A stretch of DNA of 64,000 nt, taken from the NCBI GenBank assembly GCA_902613615.1, contig CACMHQ010000005.1, forward strand, positions 14,521 to 78,520. Reading direction: 5' to 3'. The first letter of the stretch is position 1. Each line of letters opens with the position of its first letter. The notes beneath the pieces are model-generated. The model was not told where the DNA came from. It searched no databases and saw nothing but the letters and a program-made list of their open reading frames with translations. The translations under genes were made by a program, and so were the position numbers. Shown here one piece after another: positions 10,325 through 18,314 of the stretch. This stretch comes from an uncultured Candidatus Actinomarina sp. Lineage in GTDB: Bacteria > Actinomycetota > Acidimicrobiia > Actinomarinales > Actinomarinaceae.

Positions 10325-11688
10325 TAATGCAATCCTTTCCCAGTCAAACCAAGTAATGATTCTCCTACTGCCTCGCTTAATGTTGGATGAGCATGAATAA
10401 ACTCTGCAGCCTCTTCTGGTAGAGCCTCCCATCCAACCATATACATTATTTCATGTATCATTTCTCCAGCAGAAGGTCCACAAACACTTGCGCCTACTAT
10501 AGGCCCCTCTTTTTCTGCATAAACTTTTACTAATCCTTGGTTTTGCTCTGTAATCATTGCTCTTCCTACACCAGCAAAGCTATGCTGAGATTGTTCAATT
10601 TCAATATTTTTTAATTTAGCTTTTTCGGCATTAAGTCCAATTTCTGCCAATTCTGGCCTTGTATAAACAACATATGGTATTGCTTTATAATCTAAAGGCT
10701 TTTTTTCACCAGAAGCAATGTATGTAATCGCTGATATTGCTTCGGCAAAAGCTGCATGAGCTAATTGAGGTGTATTATTCACAATATCCCCAAGGGCAAA
10801 AATATTACCAACAGATGTTTCAAAGGTGTCTAGATCTACATTTATAAAACCATCTTCTGAAGCAATGTTTACTTTATCTAATCCAATGTTTTCAGTTAAT
10901 GGAGCTCTGCCAACGGCAAGTAATACTGTATCGAATTCTTTCTTTTCACCATCTGAAAAATTAACAGTCTTATCATCTATTCCATCAATTGATGTATTTA
11001 GCTTAAACTCAACTCCTCGCTTGGTTAGTTGCTTTCTTAGTTCACCTGATGTTCTCTTGTCCAAACCAGGAAGTATCTCTTTAGCTAATTCAACAACAGT
11101 CACTTCTGATTCAAGATCATTTAACAGACTTGCAAATTCACAACCAATCGCACCAGCACCAACGATACAAACTTTTTTTGGCGGCTCTTCCCAGTTCAGT
11201 GCAGTATCTGATGTGATAATGAAGTCTTCATCTGGTTCAATATTTGGAAGATTTCTTGGTTTAGATCCAGTTGCAAGAATAATATAATCGGAATCAATTT
11301 TTTCGCTGGTTCCATCTGATTTTTGTACTAAAACTGAAGACTGATTTTCAATAGAGCCCCATCCTTCTATGACATTTACATTCTTACTTTTTAAAAGCAT
11401 TTTTATGCCAGATACAAGTTTTTCTACTATTTCAATTCTTTTGAGTGATGTTTTATTCCAATCTATTGATTTCCCATCCACATTTATTCCATAATTTTCT
11501 GATGTTGAAATTTCATGGTTTAACTCTGCAACATGGAGCCAATATTTTGCAGGTATACAACCACGGTTTAGACATGTTCCACCTAAGACATCAGACTCTA
11601 CAAGTGTTACTTCAAGATTAAAGTTGTGAGCGTATAGTGCAGCTGCGTATCCAGCTGGTCCCCCGCCAATAATTGTTATTTTTTTCAA
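10324..11688 (-). CDS. lpdA: dihydrolipoyl dehydrogenase (E3)
   Basis: 'IIGGGPAGY' FAD fold, redox disulfide 'GGTCLNRGCIPAK', NAD fold 'VGAGAIGCE', and C-terminal 'HAHPTLSE'. The start codon is TTG. Confidence 0.9.
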   Translation of the reverse strand: MKKITIIGGGPAGYAAALYAHNFNLEVTLVESDVLGGTCLNRGCIPAKYWLHVAELNHEISTSENYGINVDGKSIDWNKTSLKRIEIVEKLVSGIKMLLKSKNVNVIEGWGSIENQSSVLVQKSDGTSEKIDSDYIILATGSKPRNLPNIEPDEDFIITSDTALNWEEPPKKVCIVGAGAIGCEFASLLNDLESEVTVVELAKEILPGLDKRTSGELRKQLTKRGVEFKLNTSIDGIDDKTVNFSDGEKKEFDTVLLAVGRAPLTENIGLDKVNIASEDGFINVDLDTFETSVGNIFALGDIVNNTPQLAHAAFAEAISAITYIASGEKKPLDYKAIPYVVYTRPELAEIGLNAEKAKLKNIEIEQSQHSFAGVGRAMITEQNQGLVKVYAEKEGPIVGASVCGPSAGEMIHEIMYMVGWEALPEEAAEFIHAHPTLSEAVGESLLGLTGKGLH

Positions 11689-11735
11689 ATTACCTCTTTC
11701 AAGATAGGGTTTCTATCAAATCGAGATAATAACTA

Positions 11736-11766
11736 CACCATATCTAGGGGTTCCCTGAATATGGTG
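11736..11766. promoter_or_regulatory. 31-nt imperfect palindrome/hairpin in the divergent lpd / MBL intergenic region
   Basis: 'CACCATAT' (11736-11743) pairs with 'ATATGGTG' (11759-11766). An inner 'AGGG'/'CCCT' pairing is also present. No gene ends here, so an operator or 5'-UTR structure is more likely than a terminator. Confidence 0.3.
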
Positions 11767-11940
11767 ATCAAAGTTATTTTCACTATTAAATCTAACCTAA
11801 AAGATGCCATCCTCCAACTCAAGATAACTCATTAATAAGATAAAATACTTTTATGCAAACTAGACATCTAATAATTGCTTCCCTGATTACAGCGATAGTT
11901 ATTGTTGTTGCATTTGGTGTTTGGGTGATGACTAACTAAA

Positions 11941-12897
11941 TTGAAAAGTTTTAATCTTGGTCACGGCATATTACATTTTCCATTAAAACTTCCTTGGGCT
12001 CCTCCAGGTTTTGTAAACATTTATTTAATTGAGGATGATGAAGGCTTCATCATGATTGATTGTGGAGTTAATGGGGATGAGTATTTTGATGAACTAAAAA
12101 TAAATCTACAAAACTTAAACATTGATTTTTCAGATATAAATTTATTGATCGGTACACACATGCATTCAGACCACATCGGCCTTTCTGGAGTTTTGAGAGA
12201 GGAAGGATTGAAATTTGGACTTTATGAAAATTCTGAAGAGTTTATTCCCAAATATAATGACTGGACTGATCGATTTCGATTTATTAGTGAGTTTGCAAAA
12301 AAACAAGGTGCTCCAAAAGAATTTGTAGAAGATCTTAACTCGATTACAACTCCATCAACTACTGGCAAGCTAACCACCCCCGATGTTTTATTAAAAGAAG
12401 GGAAAATAAAAGATATAAGTCGAAATCTAGAAGTAATTTTTACACCAGGACATGATATTTCAGAAATATCAATTTATGATCCATCAAGTAAAATTATCTT
12501 TTCTGGTGATCACATACTTCCAAGAATTACACCTTTCATTCCTATTCATGATGAAGAAACAAGTATGTTAAATCATTATGTCGACTCACTAAATAAAATG
12601 AAGTCCTTTGAACATACAAAAATTGCACCTGGTCATTTTGAAATGATAGATAATCCACAAAATAGGGTTGAGCAAATACTTCTCCACCATGAAAAGAGAT
12701 CTGAGAAAATAATTAATATTTTAAAAGATGATGAGCTAACAGGATGGGAAGTTACAAAAAAATTATTTTCGCGACCACTTGATTCAATGAATCTTCGTCT
12801 AGCTTTCCAAGAAACCATGGCACACCTTAAATATATTGAGTCACAAGGAAAAATTAAACAAAAAGTTTCAGAAGTGAATACTTGGAGCCTTACTTAA
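11941..12897 (+). CDS. MBL-fold metallo-hydrolase
   Basis: HxHxDH zinc motif 'HMHSDHIG', followed by 'TPGHD' and 'GDHIL'. TTG start per the track. Confidence 0.8.
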   Translation: MKSFNLGHGILHFPLKLPWAPPGFVNIYLIEDDEGFIMIDCGVNGDEYFDELKINLQNLNIDFSDINLLIGTHMHSDHIGLSGVLREEGLKFGLYENSEEFIPKYNDWTDRFRFISEFAKKQGAPKEFVEDLNSITTPSTTGKLTTPDVLLKEGKIKDISRNLEVIFTPGHDISEISIYDPSSKIIFSGDHILPRITPFIPIHDEETSMLNHYVDSLNKMKSFEHTKIAPGHFEMIDNPQNRVEQILLHHEKRSEKIINILKDDELTGWEVTKKLFSRPLDSMNLRLAFQETMAHLKYIESQGKIKQKVSEVNTWSLT

Positions 12898-13096
12898 AAG
12901 GTTTAAAACTTCTATTCTTTGCTTCCTCTAAAGAATCCGGAGCAAAAGATTGTAATTGATTGTTTTTTACAAGTTCTTTTTCTTCTTCAAGTTGTTCTAA
13001 TACTTTAAAATGATCGGGATTATCACAATCATAAACTTTCATATTTTTTCTATATCCTATAAATCTGTAACTTTCGAATTTTGGAAGTCTTGGCAA
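12890..13096 (-). CDS. hypothetical small protein (68 aa)
   Basis: The ORF starts 1 nt downstream of the acyl-CoA dehydrogenase stop on the same strand. It is charged and helical-looking, with no recognised family. Confidence 0.35.
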   Translation of the reverse strand: MPRLPKFESYRFIGYRKNMKVYDCDNPDHFKVLEQLEEEKELVKNNQLQSFAPDSLEEAKNRSFKPFK

Positions 13097-13097
13097 T

Positions 13098-14219
13098 TTA
13101 TAAACTTAATAGTCTGGATACATCATTTCGAGCAGATTTGGCAGTTCCAAAAATAAGCGAATCAGATTTAGCTTTTTTAAAATAAAGATGTGCGGGATGC
13201 TCCCAAGTAAACCCAATTCCACCATGAACTTGTATGTTATCTCCTGATACTTTATTGAATACATCTGAACAATAAGCTTTTGCCATTGAAGAACTCATTT
13301 CTAGTTCTACAATATCATCAGAGTCAACTCTTACAGAACTGTAGGCAATAGATTTTGCACTTTCGATTTGAAGAAGCATATCTGCACACATATGTTGTAT
13401 TGCTTGGAAAGATCCAATTGGTCTTCCAAATTGAATCCTTTCTTTTGCATATTGAGTAGACATATCTAAACAAGCTTGTGCTCCCCCAACTTGCTCCATA
13501 GCAAGAAAAGAGATGGATATATGCTTTACCTTATTCCATATATTTTCATCTTCTTTAATATCGAACATAAAGTTTTCATTACCAACCTCGACATTCTCAA
13601 GTAATATCTCAGCCATTGGTCTTGTTTGATCTAAGGATGTTGTTTCTGAAATTGTTACTCCAGGATTATCTTTATCTACCATTATGAATTTGAATCCATC
13701 TTCAGATTTGGCAAGAATAGCAAAATAATCAGAAGTATCTCCAAACATAACATAACTTTTCTTGCCATTAAGTATGTATCCGTTGTCATTATTTTCAGCT
13801 ACTGTTGAAATATTTTCATCGTTTATCTCATATCGGTCGTTTTCATAAATGCCAAATGAACCAATCTTTGAGCCTGAAACTATTTCAGGAAGAATTTTAT
13901 TTTTTAGTTCAGAAGGAGAGTGTAAAAGTAATTGTTTGAATACAACACCTGAACTAAAAATGGGAACTATCGGCATGTAATATCCAAATACTTCTGAGAG
14001 AATGGATGAGTCCACTTTTGAAAAACCTAATCCTCCATCCTCCTCAGGAACATCTAATCCCAACCAACCTTGTTCACTTACCAGCTGCCATAACTCATTG
14101 TCAATTCTTGTGTTATCGTCAACTTTTTTAATTAACTCAAGCAAATCAACTTTTTCAGAAAGAAGCTTTTGAGCATTTTCTTTAATTTCATTTTGAAGTT
14201 CTGTAAGACTGAATTGCAT
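13098..14219 (-). CDS. acyl-CoA dehydrogenase family protein
   Basis: Length is 373 aa. ACAD C-terminal pattern 'GDNIQVHGGIGFTWEHPAHLYFKKA' and middle-domain pattern 'GSFGIYE...NG.K.YV'. Confidence 0.85.
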   Translation of the reverse strand: MQFSLTELQNEIKENAQKLLSEKVDLLELIKKVDDNTRIDNELWQLVSEQGWLGLDVPEEDGGLGFSKVDSSILSEVFGYYMPIVPIFSSGVVFKQLLLHSPSELKNKILPEIVSGSKIGSFGIYENDRYEINDENISTVAENNDNGYILNGKKSYVMFGDTSDYFAILAKSEDGFKFIMVDKDNPGVTISETTSLDQTRPMAEILLENVEVGNENFMFDIKEDENIWNKVKHISISFLAMEQVGGAQACLDMSTQYAKERIQFGRPIGSFQAIQHMCADMLLQIESAKSIAYSSVRVDSDDIVELEMSSSMAKAYCSDVFNKVSGDNIQVHGGIGFTWEHPAHLYFKKAKSDSLIFGTAKSARNDVSRLLSL

Positions 14220-14294
14220 TCCCTTATTCTAATTTTGTTTTCAAATTTGACTAATCAAATGTCGTTTGTTTTTTTATAGAATTAATATAGTAAT

Positions 14295-15020
14295 GTGTTA
14301 AAAATTGAAAATTTACATGCATCTGTAGAATCAACTCCAATTATAAATGGAGTGAACCTAGAAATTAACCCTGGTGAAGTTCATGCAATCATGGGACCTA
14401 ATGGCTCAGGAAAATCAACTCTTGCTAATGTTTTAATGGGTAACCCAGTATATGAAATTACAGATGGAAAAATTACATTTAGCGGAGAGGATGTCACTGA
14501 AGAACCAGTTGACAATCGAGCAAAGAAGGGGATGTTTCTTGCTTTTCAATATCCCGAGTCAATACCTGGAGTAACGATAGTAAATATGCTTAAAACTGCT
14601 CTTACTAATATTGAAGAAACTGAATACACAACAGTAGAGCTCAGATTAAGAGTTGCTGAAGCAATGAAAGATTTAGGTCTTTCACCAGATTTTGTTGATA
14701 GATACTTAAACGATGGTTTTTCAGGTGGAGAGAGAAAGAGAAATGAGATTCTACAACTTGCAGTACTAAATCCCAAACTTGCAATTTTGGATGAAACTGA
14801 TTCAGGTCTTGATGTTGATGGTTTAAGAATCGTAGGAGAAGGAATAAGTAATTTAAGAACTCCAGATCGTGCTTATTTGGTTGTTACCCATTATCAGAGG
14901 TTATTGGAATATGTTAAACCAGACTATGTTCATGTATTTGTAGATGGGAATATTGTAGAAACTGGTGGTGTAGAATTATCTGAAAAGCTTGAGAAAGAAG
15001 GATACGAATCTTACCAATGA
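14295..15020 (+). CDS. sufC: SufC-like Fe-S cluster assembly ATPase (second copy)
   Basis: Walker A 'GPNGSGKST', signature 'FSGGERKRNE', Walker B 'LAILDETDSGLD', and SufC-typical 'VTHYQRLLEY'. It is a clear paralog of the ORF at 32843-33544. GTG start per the track. Confidence 0.85.
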   Translation: MLKIENLHASVESTPIINGVNLEINPGEVHAIMGPNGSGKSTLANVLMGNPVYEITDGKITFSGEDVTEEPVDNRAKKGMFLAFQYPESIPGVTIVNMLKTALTNIEETEYTTVELRLRVAEAMKDLGLSPDFVDRYLNDGFSGGERKRNEILQLAVLNPKLAILDETDSGLDVDGLRIVGEGISNLRTPDRAYLVVTHYQRLLEYVKPDYVHVFVDGNIVETGGVELSEKLEKEGYESYQ

Positions 15021-16240
15021 GCAATTTTTCAGACATAAAAAAAGATTTTCCAATATTTGAGAGAGATATCAATGGAAAGAAACTAACTTACTTAGACTCA
15101 GGTGCAACCTCACAAAAACCTAACTCAGTAATAGAAAAGATGAATGATATTTACAAATTTAATAACGCAAATGTTCACAGAGGAACTTATGTGCTCTCAT
15201 CCGAAACTACCAGCGAATATGAATCAGTTAGGTTTAAGCTTCAATCTTTCTTAAATGCATCTGAATCAGATGAGATAATTTTTACTAAGGGGACAACTGA
15301 AGCGCTTAATTTTTTAGCTAATTCAATAGCAAATAAATTAATGGATGAAGGCGATGAAATAGTCTTATCAGAGATTGAACACCATGCAAATATTATCCCT
15401 TGGCAAATGGTTGCTGAAAAATACAAATTAAACATTAATTATGTAAAAGTAAATGATGACTTTTCACTAGATCTTGATGATCTATCTTCAAAGCTTTCAT
15501 CAAAAACAAAAGTAGTTTCAATTGTTGGTGAATCTAATCTTTCTGGAATGCTGCCAAATATTAAAGAAATAAATAATTTAGTTAGATCAAATTCTGATGC
15601 TTTACTTATTATTGATGGTGCTCAATTAGTACCGCATAGAAAAGTTGATGTTCAGGATTTGGGAATTGATTTCTTAGTATTCTCCGGACATAAAATGCTT
15701 GGACCTACTGGTATTGGTGTTGTATGGGGCAAGAAAGAATTATTAAATTCTCTTGATCCAGTTTATGGCGGTGGAGATATGATTGAAGAAGTTCATTATG
15801 ATAAAGCAACTTGGGCACCAGTTCCTCATAAATTCGAAGCAGGAACTCCCCCGTATGTAGAGGCAATTGGCCTTGGAGCAGCTGTAGATTATTTAGAAAA
15901 TTTAGGTATGTCTGAGGTTGAAAAACATTCTGATGAATTGCGTGAGTACGGTAGAAAAGTTTTACTAGATATCGATGGTGTGAATGTAATACATTCTGAA
16001 CAAGATATTGCAGGATGTACTTTTGGTATGTATGTTGACGGTGTTCATGCAGCAGACCTTTCGTTGATGCTAGATACACATGGAGTTGCTGTAAGGGCAG
16101 GTCATCATTGTGTTCAACCGTTTCACAGAAAATTAGGTATTGATGCAACTATTAGATCAACAGCCTACATTTATAACGACAAAGAAGATATTGACACATT
16201 AAAGTCAGCACTAATATCTAGTGTCGAAATGTTGAGATAA
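15017..16240 (+). CDS. sufS: cysteine desulfurase SufS
   Basis: Class V aminotransferase fold with PLP lysine 'SGHKMLGPTGIG' and active-site Cys loop 'RAGHHCVQP'. 4-nt overlap with sufC2. Confidence 0.9.
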   Translation: MSNFSDIKKDFPIFERDINGKKLTYLDSGATSQKPNSVIEKMNDIYKFNNANVHRGTYVLSSETTSEYESVRFKLQSFLNASESDEIIFTKGTTEALNFLANSIANKLMDEGDEIVLSEIEHHANIIPWQMVAEKYKLNINYVKVNDDFSLDLDDLSSKLSSKTKVVSIVGESNLSGMLPNIKEINNLVRSNSDALLIIDGAQLVPHRKVDVQDLGIDFLVFSGHKMLGPTGIGVVWGKKELLNSLDPVYGGGDMIEEVHYDKATWAPVPHKFEAGTPPYVEAIGLGAAVDYLENLGMSEVEKHSDELREYGRKVLLDIDGVNVIHSEQDIAGCTFGMYVDGVHAADLSLMLDTHGVAVRAGHHCVQPFHRKLGIDATIRSTAYIYNDKEDIDTLKSALISSVEMLR

Positions 16241-16242
16241 AA

Positions 16243-16656
16243 ATGTCTATAAGAGAAAAAGTTGATGAATACAAAAAAATACTAGATATTTTCCCAAATG
16301 ATCAGGAAAAATATCAATATTTAATTGAAAAAGCTAAAGAGAATGATTCTTTTCCTTTAGAACTACGACTTGATAACTTTAAAGTAAATGGTTGTCAAAG
16401 CCAAGTTTGGCTTGTTCCTGAAGAAAAAGATGAAAAACTTTTTTTTAATAGCGATTCAGATGCTCTTATTGCAAAAGGATTAGTTACTTTAATTTCATCA
16501 ATATACTCTGATGAAAAAGCTGAAGATATTGTTTCGTCAGATATTGATTTGATGGAAGAATTTGAACTAGGTGTAATTTTAAGTCCCGCTCGTAGAAATG
16601 GAGCTTACAGCATGCTTAAAACAATTAAAGAGTATGCTAAAAATCTAGTTTCTTAG
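16243..16656 (+). CDS. sufE: sulfur acceptor SufE
   Basis: Persulfide-acceptor motif 'VNGCQSQVWL', then 'DSDALIAKGL' and 'LSPARRNG', as in E. coli SufE. Confidence 0.85.
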   Translation: MSIREKVDEYKKILDIFPNDQEKYQYLIEKAKENDSFPLELRLDNFKVNGCQSQVWLVPEEKDEKLFFNSDSDALIAKGLVTLISSIYSDEKAEDIVSSDIDLMEEFELGVILSPARRNGAYSMLKTIKEYAKNLVS

Positions 16657-16657
16657 A

Positions 16658-17110
16658 TTATTGTTTCCACCAAGATTCATGTGGAAAATCAACCCATACA
16701 TTTTCTGTATCTTTTGCTAAATCTCTAATATAGTAATGAGGCTCAAAATCGCATTCATTGTTCCACCAGAGCGATACAAATCGAACATCACATTCATGAT
16801 TTATATTTTCTTTTATATATTCAGAAAGCCTTTCAAAGGTTTCACCGCTGTCACAAATATCATCAACAATAAGAACTTTTTCATCTTTAGACTTGGGTAA
16901 GTAATTTTCCCAATGTGGAAAATCTCTTGTTGATGCATGTACTGGCTTAAATGGAATATTTAATTTATGAGAAATCATAACTCCGGGTATTAACCCTCCA
17001 CGACTAATTCCAACGATAACATCAGGGACAAAGTCATCTTTCGCAATAAGTTCACAAATTTCGTTTGTATCTTTGAGTTGATCATCCCAAGAGTAAAAAA
17101 GTTTTTCCAT
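16658..17110 (-). CDS. gpt: purine phosphoribosyltransferase, xanthine-guanine PRTase (Gpt)-like
   Basis: 150 aa with 'GISRGGLIPG' and PRPP loop 'VLIVDDICDSGETF'. Length and layout resemble E. coli Gpt. Confidence 0.7.
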   Translation of the reverse strand: MEKLFYSWDDQLKDTNEICELIAKDDFVPDVIVGISRGGLIPGVMISHKLNIPFKPVHASTRDFPHWENYLPKSKDEKVLIVDDICDSGETFERLSEYIKENINHECDVRFVSLWWNNECDFEPHYYIRDLAKDTENVWVDFPHESWWKQ

Positions 17111-17238
17111 AATTGTAAGTGCTCATTCTATCAAAAATTTAAATCATAAATCTTGTTTCTTCCATAAAAAAATGATCTGTAAAAGAATAATGTACTGATG
17201 CCAATGTCTATAATGAAAATTATGAAAAGGAGGTAAGG

Positions 17239-18267
17239 ATGCGCAGAAGTTGGGCAGTAGGCCTAATTATTATCAGTATTCTTACTATGGCCTGCGGTGG
17301 AGCCGCAGACGTAGATGATTACAAAGCTGCTTTTGTTTATCTAGGATCCGCAAATGACGGAGGATGGACACAAGCACATGACGAAGGTCGTCAATATCTT
17401 GTTGAAGAGACAGGAATAGAGACAGCTTTCACAGAGGATGTTCCCCCAGATGCAACTGAATTTAGAACAGTTGCGGAAGCTTATATTGAACAAGGCTACA
17501 ATATTATCTTTGGAACAACTTTCGGTTATCTAGATATCATGGAGGAAATGGCATTGGAATATCCTGATGTAACATTCCTTCACTGTTCTGGATATAAATC
17601 TAATGACTCAAACTATACAAATTATTTTGGAAAGATTTATGAAGCAAGATATTTGTCAGGTTTAGCAGCAGGTTCACTTACTGAGTCAAACAAGATTGGT
17701 TATGTAGCTGCATTTCCAATTCCAGAAGTCATAAGAGGAATTAATGCTTTTGCAAATGGTGTAAAAGAAGTAAATCCTAATGCAACTGTTGAAGTTGTAT
17801 GGACAAATACATGGTTTGGTCCTGAGGAAGAAACACAAGCTGCAAATGCACTCTTAGAAGCTGGGGCTGATGTTCTTACGCAACATCAAGATTCTGCATC
17901 TACAGGAATTGCCGCAGAGGCAGCTGGAGCTAAATGGATTGGTTACCACACAGGTTATGGTAAAGAAGCCGCTCCAAACGCATTTGTTACTGCGCCAGTA
18001 TGGAACTGGGGTCCACTTTATACTGAAATGGTAAACGCAGTAATTAACGACGAATTCACAACAACTCCATATTGGACAGGAATGTCTGGGAATGTTGTTG
18101 ATTTATTTGAAGTATCAGATGACGTATCAAGTGATATTAAGACACTCATCGAAGATAGAAAACAAGAAATTATTGATGGAACTTTTGAAATTTTTGAAGG
18201 TTCAAGTGATGGTGACTTGTTAGGCATGAGTTACTTTGTTGACAACGTTGTAGGTACACTAGATTAA
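17239..18267 (+). CDS. BMP-family (PnrA-like) nucleoside ABC transporter substrate-binding lipoprotein
   Basis: Lipobox 'LTMACGG' and BMP family pattern ('NDGGWTQAH', 'IGYVAAFPIPEVIRGINAF'). Strong RBS 'aaggagg' upstream. Confidence 0.85.
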   Translation: MRRSWAVGLIIISILTMACGGAADVDDYKAAFVYLGSANDGGWTQAHDEGRQYLVEETGIETAFTEDVPPDATEFRTVAEAYIEQGYNIIFGTTFGYLDIMEEMALEYPDVTFLHCSGYKSNDSNYTNYFGKIYEARYLSGLAAGSLTESNKIGYVAAFPIPEVIRGINAFANGVKEVNPNATVEVVWTNTWFGPEEETQAANALLEAGADVLTQHQDSASTGIAAEAAGAKWIGYHTGYGKEAAPNAFVTAPVWNWGPLYTEMVNAVINDEFTTTPYWTGMSGNVVDLFEVSDDVSSDIKTLIEDRKQEIIDGTFEIFEGSSDGDLLGMSYFVDNVVGTLD

Positions 18268-18278
18268 ATGTTTATATT

Positions 18279-18314
18279 ACAGCACCTCTATTAAGAGGTG
18301 CTGTAATTTTTTTT
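18279..18314 (+). terminator. rho-independent terminator/attenuator between the binding-protein and ATPase genes
   Basis: Perfect 11-bp stem 'ACAGCACCTCT'/'AGAGGTGCTGT' with loop ATTA, followed by 'AATTTTTTTT'. Confidence 0.6.

Noticed and set aside
10325-10432. An N-terminal extension of the E1 ORF ('MGGSTRRGCRVYSCSS...') overlapping lpd by 109 nt
   Set aside because: The extension is Arg/Cys/Ser-rich, which is out-of-frame reading of lpd. A GTG directly at the lpd stop gives a sensible E1 alpha N-terminus.
11689-11852. A TPP or other riboswitch upstream of lpd or the MBL gene
   Set aside because: The 'CCCTGAA..GGTGATC' stretch superficially recalls TPP-riboswitch segments. However, the conserved CUGAGA and ACCUGAUCUGGAUAAUGCCAGCG-type elements are absent.
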